A stretch of DNA of 64,000 nt from Torpedo marmorata (taxonomy: Eukaryota): contig OZ360254.1 of the NCBI GenBank assembly GCA_977017645.1, positions 35,030,001-35,094,000 of the forward strand, in the 5' to 3' direction. Of this stretch, positions 1 through 12,150 are shown one piece after another. The notes beneath the pieces were generated by a model. It was given only the letters and a program-made list of their open reading frames with translations. It had not been told where the DNA came from and ran no database searches. How positions within the stretch are numbered: position 1 is the first letter of the stretch; each line of letters begins with the position of its first letter. Position numbers and translations under genes: made by a program.

Positions 1-182
1 TGAAAATCACTGCTCTAGAACCTTCTCCCCAATGGGAGAAAGGAGAGCATCTGAGGTGGAAAGGGTCCTTCAGTATGCTAGTCAATATTGTAATCTGATC
101 ATTAAAATTTTCATTTAATATGATGCGCCAAGTATAAATTTTATTTATAGTTCTAATTAAGATAATTTAGCTATTTTTTAAA

Positions 183-425
183 ATTTAGACATACAGCACA
201 GTAACAGGCCATTTCGGCCCATGAGCCTGTGCCGCCCAATTACACCCAATTAACCTGCACTTCTGGTACGTTTCGAACGGTGGGAGGAAACTGGAATCCC
301 CAGGTAAAACCCACGCAGACACAGGGAGAACGTACAAACTCCTTACAGACAGCGCGAGATTTGAACCCTGGTCCCGATTGCTGGCACTGTAACAGTGTTG
401 TGCAAACCGCTACGCTAACTTGTGA
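183..425 (-). mobile_element. tRNA-derived V-SINE-like element
   Basis: tRNA-like head (GTTAGCGTAGCGG...GGTTCAAATC), central GTTTGTACGTTCTCCC..GCGTGGGTTT domain and tail CTGTATGTCTAAA, shared with other copies in the window. Confidence 0.8.
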
Positions 426-2507
426 AGTAAATTAAAATGTTTGCAAAACATAACCAGTTACTTAAAGCCATCCAAAACATTTTCTTTATTTTCCCAAACA
501 TCAACTCTGTTAAACATTGTAGACAATATTGGATTGATCCACATTCTTTCTTCCCAACTCCCACATCTTTCAGTCATCAAATGTTTACTCTGGAGCAAGA
601 CTAGTAAACACCAGTTATCTTGAACCTTCAAAACATCCAACCTTGGCTCACGATGGAGTTGGAAGAAAAAAAGTGCACCAACCGAATGCATTTCAACTCG
701 GCAGCAAGGGTTTCTAAACATCTCTCCATCTAATTCAATACCTGACAGTTATAAACAATCCACAACCAGCAGGACGAGCAGATCTACATGCCCTGTGCAG
801 ACTTGCATTAAAAGTTTAAAACCCAAAACCCTACTGTACATTTCTACACCCATTTGCAGAAATACAAAATAGAAATCTGCCTTCCGTTCAATTCTCCTAC
901 GACTGCAGCCCAGTTACACAATGTGCAAGGACAATAACGAACCGCCATTAGGGTTTATAAAAGGAGATTCAAGTTCATTGCGAAGTTAAATATTTTACTT
1001 AGAAGGAATCTCAGAATATATCATTGTTTTTATTCATAACACTGTTCCCTGTTCCAAGAATTCCACATGAATAAAGTGCACAGCTGCATAAACATGGAAA
1101 AAAGCAATGTGATACTAATTACAAATGCAGGCCTAAACTATCCTCTAGCAATCTGTATTCTGTATGTGACTGGTACAAGTAGGATTAATGTCATAGATTT
1201 GATTTTTTTTTTGATTTTTTTTAAAGGGAGTCCCAGAGACACAAATAGGTACAAATCAGGGTCAAAGTTGAACCAGAAGATTTGAATCCCAGGCAGGGTG
1301 ACAGGATCGTTAACTTTCTGGTAATAACAAAATTACTATCTTTAACTATTTTTAATCACATTTACCAAAGCAGAATCATGATCCAGCACTAAGATTTAAG
1401 AGAATACAAAGATTGCCAGCAGCTTTGTCAAAGGAGGGATGCCAAGCTGGAAAGACAGAATTTGGGACTCAAACAAAAGCCAAGATTACCAATGAGGCAA
1501 AATGGGGCTCTGTCAAGGTTAGAGCTGGCATCAACCAGAACAGTTTACCTTTCAAAACTCTTTAGATTATATTTGTGACTGTTGATAGTTTTGTTTTTAA
1601 ACAATGAAAATTTTTCACCAATATCAGAAAACTTTTATTTCACATGGAAGTGCCAGAATGAAATGCCCTGCTTTATTCACAAATTGGCTCTTGAATGGCA
1701 GGAACGGGGAACTGATAGTGGATGATCAGCCATGGTCACAGTGAATGGCGGTGCTGGCTCGAAGGGCCGAATGGCCTACTCCTGCATCTATTGTCTAATG
1801 AAGTGGACTGAATACAAGGCTTCTCCCAAATGCAGTACAACAGAACTTCTCTCAACAATCCTTGCCAAGTGATCTGTGGAAATCATAAAAGAAATTCAGT
1901 CTGGTGGGAAAGCCAGCAAGTGCTCATCTCAACTGAGAAAATAGAAAACCTTTTGGTTATTCTGTAATGTTTACAAAATCTAATCTTGTAAAATTACACA
2001 GTTCATTTCTTCACCAGAGAATCTGCAGCTGTGTATGTAATTTGTTCAGTTCAAAGCTAGTGGAACAGTAGGAGGCTAATACAACTGTTTCTCCGGTCCC
2101 GTAGTTCACAAGTAACTCACTAGTGGAGAGGTGAGTCAGAGGGGTGGGCCACAGATATTCATCTATAAGCTGCTAAATACTGCCCCCACCCCCAAGGTAA
2201 AACTTAATGAGGCAGGTAATCTACCATTATTAAACTTCTCTCAGAACATGCTTATGGGTTGAGATATTTACGGTACATCAAACAAGTCAGTTGTGACTGC
2301 ATCCAATTTACTTGGTGTGTCATTTTAACATGACAAACTTTCAGGCTTAATTAAAAAGCAATTGGAAGGTGAAATTTCATCAAGGTCAGGAATGGAATAA
2401 GGCTCCAGATTTGAAAGAGAAATAGTGGTCATGTCCAAATTAAAGGACAATAACACAAACTGCTTAACAATTGGGAATCTTGGGCTGACAGGAACATGAA
2501 CCTTATT

Positions 2508-2755
2508 TTTTAAGACATACAGCACAGTAACAGGCCCTTTTGGCCCACGAGCCCGTGCCGCCCAATTACACCCAATTGACCTACAACCCCCGGTACGCTT
2601 TGAACGGTGAGAGGAAACCGGAGCACCCGGAGGAAACCCACGCGACAAGGGGAGAACGTACAAACTCCTTACAGACAGCGAGGGATTCGAACCCCAGTCC
2701 CGATCGCTGGCGCTGTAGCAGTGTTGTGCTGGCCGCTACGCTAACCGTGCCGCCT
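2508..2755 (-). mobile_element. V-SINE-like element
   Basis: Same layout as 183-425, with A/B-box-like motifs (GGTTCGAATCC). Confidence 0.85.
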
Positions 2756-2759
2756 TTGT

Positions 2760-3215
2760 AAAAAAACTTACACCTTATGTCTCCCCTAGATTTCCCTCCT
2801 TTCACTTTGTAGAGATGTCCTCTGGTGTTTGCTATTCCTGCCCTGGGAAACAGGTGCTGGCTGTCCACCCTATCTATGCCTCTCAGAATCTTGTAGACCT
2901 CTATTAAGTCTCCTCTCATCCTTCTTGCCTCACAAGACTTATTTTCCAATCCAGACAACATCCTGGTAAATCTCCTCTGCACCCTCATAGCTTCCACATC
3001 CTTCCTATAATGAGGTGACCAGAACTGAACACAATATTCTATGCGTTGTCTCACCAGAGATTTGTAGAATGACCTCTCGACTCTTGAACTCAATGCCCCG
3101 ACTAATGAAGCCCAGCATCCCACAGGCCTTCTTAACTATCCTATCAACCTGTGCGGCAACCTTGAGAGATGTATAGATTTGGACCCCAACATCCCTCTGT
3201 TCCTCCCCACTGTTA
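2760..3215 (-). mobile_element. CR1-type LINE 3' fragment
   Basis: YCVQFWSPHYRKDVEA..RVQRRFTRML..RGDLIEVYKILRG..TRGH is the typical CR1 ORF2 C-terminus. Confidence 0.9.
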
Positions 3216-3615
3216 AGTAATTTGGAAAGCAAAAGAACGAAAGCACAGATTGCATAATTCCTTGGCAGTACATTGGAGCCTTCTTTTTGTCATATGCACA
3301 AGTGCAATGTACAGATGCACCAAAATTCTTACTTGCTGCAGTCAGGAAGGGAAGATACACCAAATTAAATTATCATACTATGCCAAGACAGAAAAAGAGA
3401 ATAAATATTCACAGATGCAATAAAAAAAATGACATTTTAATCATGTAGACAGATATTTTTGCTGGTCCTGAAATAGTTATCGTTCGGGTAATAAGGAAGC
3501 TCAAGAGCCTGATAGCTGTTGGAAAAAAACTTTTCTTGAACCTAGAGGTGCTGGTTTTCAGGCTCTGTACCTTCTGCCTGAAGGTAGCAGTGAGAAGAGG
3601 ATGTGACCAATATAA

Positions 3616-5116
3616 AAAAAAAACACAAATGCTGGAGAAACTCAGCAGGTCAAACAGTGTCTTTTATGTAGCAAAGGTAGAAATACATAACCGACGTTTC
3701 GGGCTTGAGCCCTTCATCAAAGTATGAGAAAATGCCGGCAGGCGTCCGAACAAAAGAGTGAGGGGGGAAGGGGGGGGAGTGGCAAAGGCAGGAGATGATA
3801 GGTGGAGAAAGGAGGGAGGGGACAGCAGCAAAGAGGGGGAGGAGGGATGGCTGGGTGGGTGGAGAAAAGCAGGAAGGACAGGTGAGGGGGGAGGGGAAGG
3901 AAACGACAAGCAAGTTTAGTGGAAAGCAGAAAAGTCAATATTAATGCCATCTGGCTGGAGAGTGCCCAGACGGAAAATGAGATGTTGTTCCTCCAATTTG
4001 CGGGTAGTCTGGGTGGGATAGTACATAAGGCCATGGACAGACATGTGAGTGTGGGAGTGTGACCCAGAATTGAAATGGCTGGCTACTGGGAGGTCGCTGT
4101 TGTTGCGGACGGAGAGGAGGTGCTCAGCAAAGTGGTCTCCCAATCTACGACCGGTCTCTCCGATGTAGAGAAAGCCACAAAGGGAGCACTGGATGCAGTA
4201 AATAAGTTCTCTGGATGTACAATTGAAGTGTAGTTTCACTTGGAAGGCCTGTTTGGGGCCCTGGACCGTGGTGAGGGGGGAGGTGTGGGCGCAGGTGTTG
4301 CACCTCCTGTGGGCACAGGGGAAGGTGCCGGGGGTGCGATGGGTGGGGAGGGATGAGTGCACGAGTGAATCGCGGAGGGAGCGGTCCCTACGGAAGGCCG
4401 AGAGGGGAGAAGGAAAAATGTGTCTGGTGGTGGGATCCTGTAGTAAGTGCCGAATATTCCGGCGGATAATGTGTTGGATGCGGAGAACTTATTTACTGCA
4501 TCCGGTCGGTGCTCCCTTTGTGGCTTTCTCTACATCGGAGAGACCGGTCGTAGATTGGGAGACCGCTTTGCTGAGCACCTCCTCTCCGTCCGCAACAACA
4601 GCGACCTCCCAGTAGCCAACCATTTCAATTCCGGGTCACACTCCCACACTCATATGTCTGTCCATGGCCTTATGTACTATCCCACCCAGACTACCCGCAA
4701 ATTGGAGGAACAACATCTCATTTTCCGTCTGGGCACTCTCCAGCCAGATGGCATTAACATTGACTTTTCTGCTTTCCACTAAACCTGCTTGTCGTTTCCT
4801 TCCCCTCCCCCCTCACCTGTCCTTCCTGCTTTTCTCCACCTACCCAGCCATCCCTCCTCCCCCTCTTTGCTGCTGTCCCCTCCCTCCTTTCTCCACCTAT
4901 CATCTCCTGCCTTTGCCACCCCCCTTCCCCCCTCACTCTTTTGTTCGGACGCCTGCCGGCATTTTCTCATACTTTGATGAAGGGCTCAAGCCCGAAACGT
5001 CGGTTATGTATTTCTACCTTTGCTACATAAAATACACTGTTTGACCTGCTGAGTTTCTCCAGCATTTGTGTTTTTTTCTTCAACCACGGTGTCTATAGAT
5101 TTTTGGGTTTTACTCC
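3616..5116. mobile_element. Penelope-like element: inverted pair of GIY-YIG/3' ends (3616-4482 minus, 4483-5116 plus)
   Basis: ORF LIYCIQCSLCGFLYIGETGRRLGDRFAEH...PVA.HF...KLEEQHLIFRLGTLQPDGIN is a PLE GIY-YIG endonuclease with a Cys-rich linker. 15-bp TSD ATGTGACCAATATAA at 3601-3615 and 5117-5131. Confidence 0.9.
4968..5008 (+). ncRNA. Minimal type I hammerhead-ribozyme-like motif (PLE-associated)
   Basis: CATACT-TTGATGA-A-GGGC TCAA GCCC-GAAA-CG-TC-GGTTATG: core boxes, stem II, palindromic ACGT in place of stem III, and a bulged stem I. Core has U rather than C at position 3. Confidence 0.6.
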
Positions 5117-5546
5117 ATGTGACCAATATAACTTTGCAACATCGTTTTGGAAGAGTAAATGTCCAAAAGGTCACTCCAACATGGGCAATTTGATTTTCTG
5201 TCCTCTGTTGCAACCCTTGCAAGTCAATAGGAAATACAAGACTGATCTTGTCCAAATCTGGAACATCCTTACTGGAAACAGGTGTAACTGAGTCAGCTTG
5301 CTTCACAGCAGGTTGGGTAGAGGCTATCATTCAATTCAGGCATTCATTCAATAATTAAGATAGCATTGCAGCTCAACAAGACCAACAACATCTTTCCTCA
5401 TATCTTAGATCTGGTTTACCAGTTTCACTCAAGTCTGGGGCCTCGTAGCCAAAATGATAGGTGTCTTGCTGTGCCTGATTCATAGACACCACCTAAAACA
5501 GAGCACATAGACCCTTCCCCACAAAGCTCTTTCTGTAGAGTGATTA

Positions 5547-6159
5547 CACTGGACAAAAATGCTTTCAAAAGGTTTGCTTCCTGAAAGAGAATTGGGGATT
5601 ATGATAGACAACGTCAAGCTGAACACAAAGATAATTTCAGATTTGCTGTATCACAGAGGATGTTGGAGAAACATTAAATTAACTTTTATTGAATTTAGCA
5701 TGTTTAATCACATAATGATGCTGACACATTGTGTTAGTTCAACTGACCTAAAATGTTTTGCCGCTGATTTTCATTTGTACTCAGCATCTGATGCCTCTCG
5801 TGTCAGTGTCTAACAATAGTCAGCCAGCATTAATCGATTCCAGTTGCCCTGATACCGCTTTTCCATGGTCGCAATGTCCTGGTGAAACCTTTCACCGTGT
5901 TCGTCACTGACTGCACCAAGATCAGCAGGGAAGAAGTCCAAGTGCGAATGCAGAAAATGAATTTTCAATGACATGTTGCACTTCATGGTTTTGTATGCGT
6001 GAAGTAGACTTAAAATATGACAGGAAATCACAAAAATAGGTTATATCTAAACAATGGTACATGTTTGGAAAATTTTAAGATGATTTTCATGATCAGCAGC
6101 CCAAAATCCATAAAATACACCCAAAAGTGTTCAGGAAGCAAAATCTTCATTGTCCAGTG
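5547..6159 (-). mobile_element. Non-autonomous Chapaev3-like (CMC) DNA transposon
   Basis: TIRs CACTGGACAA...TTGTCCAGTG; internal transposase C-terminal remnant CNMSLKIHFLHSHLDFFP.DLGAVSDEHGERFHQDI..MEKRYQG; second copy at 46655-47256. Confidence 0.75.
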
Positions 6160-9100
6160 TTTCCAGTAGGAAATTCAACTTTTAACTCTCCCCACTTCTT
6201 TCCCCCTTTATACATGTAATTTTACCCATTTTCTGTTAGTCTTGATAAAGATTTCAGACCAGAAACGTTGACTGGTGATTTCTACCCTTGACCTGTCGAG
6301 TTTATCCAGAAATCCTTTGCCTGGCTTCAACTACACGTGCCTAGCTTTATTTTTCAACCAGAGGCGGCTGACTTGTACAGCAAGGGCTCCTGCACATCAA
6401 CTGCTTCTCGAACTCAAAAGAACCCATGGTCAGTGAAACAAAAACACAGAACTTAATAGAAAACACAAATTATTAATCAATTGGAAAAGGAATTTGCATC
6501 CAGGAGCAGATTTAAAGTAGCACAGAAACAAGTGAATGAAGCTGAGTTCACCTTTGATCTTCTCCAAACATTTTAAGCAATAAATTCCCTAACAACCTCC
6601 AATGCCGGCAGTCTGTACCAACATGACAGGGCTAAAGAGCCAGTAAGGCTGCACACATGTGCAAGGGGAGCCAACCTTAAAATTACAAAGAAAAGCAATT
6701 AAGCAGTAATCGTTAGCTTCTGTTTAAGATGAAGTAGGCAATAACAAGTAAAATGAAACTATAAAACAAGTTATGATTGTTCATTAAATGAAAACTCACC
6801 TGCAGCTCGTTATTAGTGGATTTCTTCCCACTAAATCAAAGCAAGCAGCTACTGTTGGAACCCAAACAAATCAATTTGCTGAAACTCACAGGAGACCATA
6901 GTCTAAACTTCAAAAAGTCGTGATTTGCACATGTGGTCATCTACAGACATGCAAAATGGTCAGTCTCAAAAAGTGATCTATCACAACCAGACACCTAAAC
7001 AAAAAAGTTTAAAATGTCTTGCTTTGGTTCAAGGCTGTGTTAACATCTCCAACTGTGCCATCCTCAATCCCAATGGCCACTTCCTTCAGATCTTTTAAAA
7101 AAGCGAAGTCAAGTGGCTTTGATGTTGTAGTGGAAGACAGAGCCAAACACTTTGTGCAGAAAAGCTTGTTTGCAATCAGAGGACAAAGACTGTTATTTAG
7201 CCAATAAACAATTCTTAACAATGAAGGCTGTTAAAACAATTTGAACGAGAGTATCTTAGCAATCTTCTATTTCCCACCCTTTGTTTACTTTTATTATTCA
7301 TTTATCACCCCCAGGATGTGGCATTCCTAAACACCATTCCCTTTTTCCCCAAAACTACATTATTCACAATACATACAACCGAGACATCGTTCTCTACGTT
7401 CATTGTATCACCAGTTCAAAACACTCTTGCAATTGCCTCTGAATAGGATGCCCGTGCTAGACCATTTGAGAGATTTAAGAGACAACTACCTTGCTTTGAG
7501 TCTAGTCACTTCTGTGCAAGGGTGGCAGAATTCTTTTGATATACATTGGTGAATATAGTAATTTTGTGGTAATCAATACCAATTATTGGCCGTTCTTTTA
7601 AAAATGCAAAATCGGCATTATTAAATTTAAATTCCACAGCAAGATTTAAATTTGTCTCTGGGTTGCTTTCATAGCTCTCTAGGTTACTTGCCTGATAAGC
7701 ACTGTCTGATTGTACCATATTTAAAAGTATAAAAAATTTTTTTTTTTTTTTAAAAAGAGTGATTGAGTTTTTCCTGTGCCAATTGCCATTTGGACATTCA
7801 TTTTTAGTAAACAGGAACTGCATGAGCCACAAGTAATTATGCTGTTTCCTGGATAAAATCTCTCAGACTTTTTTCCTCTATTCACCAAAAGTCAAATCTT
7901 CCCATTTCTTCTCCCACTCCCCACCCTCTACCATACTCCTTCCACGGTACTAGTTCCAGAATCACTTGTCTCTCAACAAGCGTGTCATTTCCCCATTCCT
8001 AACACCATCCTAGTGAATCAGCATCTAATTAAGACAGAAATGCTGGAGAAACTCAGCCAGTCTCGCAGCATCCATTGGAGGTAAAGATACATTACCGACG
8101 TTTCGGGCCTGAGCCCTTTAACATCTAATGACGCTAATGTAACAGAGGTACATCCAGCCCCAAGATGAATTATGGTAGGAACAGCTATATATTGCCATGT
8201 TAAAACACCTCTGGTGAGACAAGCAAGAACCATTTAGGTTTCTTGGAATACACCGTTCAATTATCATTGTCAGGTTAGTTGTATGGATACTGCAATTAAT
8301 GGCCAAGCCAAGGAAGTAAGGGTTCCTTGCATCCCAAAGTCAGTCAGGATATTTGCTTTTGTTTTCAAGCCAGAGTACCACAAAGTTGACTCTGATCTCC
8401 AGACAAATGGACAAAGATTATCACCATCATAAAATCAGAATCAGAATTTATTGTCATGAACAAGTCATGAAATTGATACTGAATACAGTTAAACAAGAAA
8501 GCCTGGAGATGTTGGGGTCAAGTGCAATACACAAACGTTGGTTATCATTTACTTCCTATGGATGCTGCATGACCTGCTGACTTTCTCCAGCACGTTTGTG
8601 TAGATGCTAGATGCATTTTCCAGCTCTGTGAAATTATGTTCAGGCACAAATTAATCTTTTTTAAGAGGATTAAGCAAAGACATGCCTCCAGTTTAACCAG
8701 TGTGGCTATGTGCCGAGTCTGCATTGGTCACTCTTCTAATGTTTGTTAGTGCACCATTCACACACTAACCCTTTCAGAATTGCCTCTTGTCACCCACCCA
8801 TGCATAAAAATAGCCTGTGAAAGCACCCTTATGCAAGGTAGGTCCGCTTCTATAGAAAGTGAGGATGTGTCATGAGGGAGCCGTCTTTTTTTTTTTTGCC
8901 AACATGAAGTTGAGAAGATAGTACCTGTACTCGAAATGGAGATTCAACCAATGAAGATACAGCACCATGACAATACTTCCACAAGAACCAGGGCATGTAC
9001 AGTAAATCAATGTACTAAGCCTCAGAACTTTTAGTACAATTTCCTCACCTCATATCAAGTTACTCTAAGAAAATTTTACATCCAGTATTCTGATGAAGGA

Positions 9101-10120
9101 TCACTTGAAAAGTTAATGCTTTCCAGAGGCCAGTGAGTGGAGTTGAGTGGGAAAATGGATCAGCTCATGATTGAATGGCGAGACAGACTCGATGGACTGA
9201 AGAGCCTATTTCTTGACAATAACAACTTTGCCTGTGTATCTCCAGCAATTTAATGCAAAGCATCCACAATAATGAACAGTTAAGCACGTTTCCTTGAGGA
9301 AAAAAGAGATACTGAATATGCAATTTCCTTTCCTATCACATCAGCATCTAGAATTTTCTTCTCTTCCTTGCAATTATATAAATGTTTGCACTGTGATGCT
9401 GCCACAAAACAATGAATTTCGTGACATGTTCATGACAATACATTCTGATTCCGATTCTACCAGTATATCTAAAAGTGTGTTTTCGCCTGCAGAATAAAAA
9501 TCAAGGCTCATTGGGGGTATCTCCTCCAATTCACTCCTTTCCTGCGAGCTTCCTCTTGCCCATCAAAAGTTTATTTTATTGTCAACCAATCATCTTGGCC
9601 CATACAGATGGCTTGATAAATCAGCCGACCTGTGCATGCCAGCACAGTTTGAAAGTGAGAAGTCTGCTGCAGGCAGTTATGAATCTGAGTCGGTATTAGC
9701 TCATTTTGCTGGAAAGCCGCTCCATTTACAGGCAACCTGAAGCAATTCTATATTTTATGTAACAAAGATCCAAAGTAATACACCATTTCTGTTTTAGGAT
9801 TCTTGATAAGAGAGGCCCGTTATGTTTTCTCCCAAGTGATGACCAGACTTGGATTTGCACAGTTTGGAAATTCAGTCTTATTGTATGCTTTGAACAAACT
9901 AATTATCCTTAGTTGATGAGGCAGTACAGGGGCAGAAATTTAAAATTTAACACTGGGCTCTTGGGAATTTTTTTGAATACCAAAAACAGCTGCATGAACA
10001 AAACGTTTTAAATAACTTTTTTAAAATTTGGAATAAAAGAAAAGTTAAAGTCACGGAGGATGGGACCTAGCAGATGAGAAAAGCACAGTGGTGGGTGGAA
10101 CAAAAGGCCTCTGCTGAAAA

Positions 10121-10412
10121 TCCATGTACAGAGCCCCCCCCACCCCCCCCCCCCCGTTTGCTGCTGTGCCCTCCCTCCCTTATCCACCTATTACCTCCTG
10201 CCTGTAGGACCGTGCTCCTCCCCCGCCCCTCCCCCCCAACATTTTGTTTGGGCACCTGCCTACATTTTTCTCATACCTTGAAGGGCTCAAGCCCGAAACG
10301 TTGGTTTATGTATCTTTATCTTTGCTATATAAAGTACGCTGTTTGACCTGCTGAGTTTCTCCAGCATTGTGTTTTCACTTCAACCACGGTGTCAGCAGAC
10401 TTTTGTTTTACT
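10121..10412 (+). mobile_element. PLE 3'-end fragment
   Basis: Homologous to 39270-39549; 12-bp TSD CTCTGCTGAAAA at 10109-10120 and 10413-10424. Confidence 0.85.
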
Positions 10413-10889
10413 CTCTGCTGAAAAATGTGATGATTGTGGTGGGAGAGGAAAAAGATTCATCTTTCTCTCCATCTCACAACATACCATCAGGTATCACTGT
10501 TCTGAGCAATACCTGAAGCAAATTAGACATTGTCCACAATTGTTAAATACACCTGCAATGTTAGATTTGAGTTATTCAATATTAAATGTAGCAGCAATTA
10601 AGAGGTGATTACAAGTTTTCATCCAGCACAACAAAGTTTGCTTAAAATCTAGATGTCTAAACCCTTTGCCTTAAAATAGATTGTAGCATGAAATTTAAAT
10701 TTATTTGTAAATTCACATGTGTATCAATCTATAATTCACAAGAGGTACGGTAATTCTCTTAAAAATAGGTCTTCAAAGCCTCCATGACCACTTAGGATAA
10801 AGTAGCAACTAAATGCAGAGTTAGCCTGATTTTCAAAGGCTAGACTCTCAGAGACAAGGGAGTCACAAGCCTCATTCACATTGGCTAAC

Positions 10890-11709
10890 CAATAAATTGG
10901 CCGTTCAGTGTCCCGGTTAAAGAAGCCGTTTTTGCAGTTCACTCTGGGTCAATGTTAACCGGGACACTGCGTCCTTTCACATTCATCACAAGGCATCCCC
11001 GGGGATAGGGGAGTTTATCCTCCACCGGTGACGTCTGAGTGACGCATCGAGCGATGGTGGACCTGCCCTAAATCCTGATCATGTACAGCACAGTATGAGC
11101 CCTGTTGTTGTGCCGATCTATATAAATCTTTATAAATTTATAAAGGACCGTGGGAAAGTTGTAGCTGCAATAGCGGACAATTTATAAAGACCATGGGAAC
11201 AATAGCGCACAATTTATAAAGACTGTGGGAAAGAGTGATGGCGGACCTGCCCTCCCAGAATTCCGTGCGGCAGAGAAAGCGCTGTATGCACGGAGCACTC
11301 ATGGAGGGGTTTCTCCGCCGTACGGAATTCTGGGAGGGCAGGTCCGCCATCGCTTTCTCTCTCTCCCGCTGCGACTTTCCCACGGTTCTTTAGAAATTTA
11401 TAAAGGTTTATGTAGGTCGGCAAAGTTTATACCTTCTTTTTAATCTTTTGTTTCCTTCACGTTCCTGCACTCACGCAAAAACGTCATCAAAGCGTCACTA
11501 CTTTGTCCCTGGATAGTAAGTGTCCTTTTCACACTGTGCTAATCGGCATGCAGGCGTCAGTTGACGCCGGGGATGAGAGTAGGGGTCAAGGCTGTCCATC
11601 CCCGGCGTGATTTGACGCCTGCATGCCGATTAAATCGCTTACACACTGGACCCTTAACCAGTAAATTGGCCGTCAATTACTAGGACAAGGTGCCAGTGTG
11701 AAAGGGGCT
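10890..11709. mobile_element. Hairpin-rich non-autonomous DNA transposon, probably PIF/Harbinger-like
   Basis: Right end CAGTGTGAAAGGGGCT|A; repeated TTTCACA(C) motifs; several nested inverted repeats. The left terminus is not resolved. Confidence 0.55.
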
Positions 11710-11959
11710 ACAGATAATGTTAAACAAGTTCAGGGGCATTAGCTCTGAGTACAGCTGTTGAGATACGGTGACAGATGAGAATCCTCAATAATCCACATCT
11801 CTGAATGGTAACTGCACAAAAGGCAACAATTTGCTCAGCTGGTCTGTACAAGCTCCTCAGGAGAGCAATTTTGTTGGTCCCATTCCCCCACCCTGTCCTG
11901 ATGGTCATAAGACCACAAGACATAGGAAGGTGTTCCAAGAGATCAGATATACTTGGATA

Positions 11960-12068
11960 GTCAGGGACTGACAAGAGATAGTCAACATGGCTTTGCGTGT
12001 GGTAAGTAGTGTTTAACTAATCTTAGAGTTTTTCGAGGAGGTTACCAGTAAAGATTATGAAGGAAAGA
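11960..12068 (+). mobile_element. CR1 RT fragment (left part; continues at 16021)
   Basis: Degenerate SQHGF..G.SCLTNL.EFFEEVT-type sequence that joins A.DVVY.DF.KAFD-type sequence at 16021. Confidence 0.75.
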
Positions 12069-12150
12069 ATCAGAATCAGAATTTATTGTCATGAACAAGT
12101 CATGAAATTCGGTGTTTTGCGGCAGCATCATAGTGCAATTAACATTCATA

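Noticed and set aside
6795-6900. Strong minus-strand donor CAG|GTGAGT as a candidate ZSWIM4 exon 3
   Set aside because: The upstream sequence does not encode the expected GFHLSG...SWIM (CxC...CxH) region; exon 3 appears to lie outside the window.
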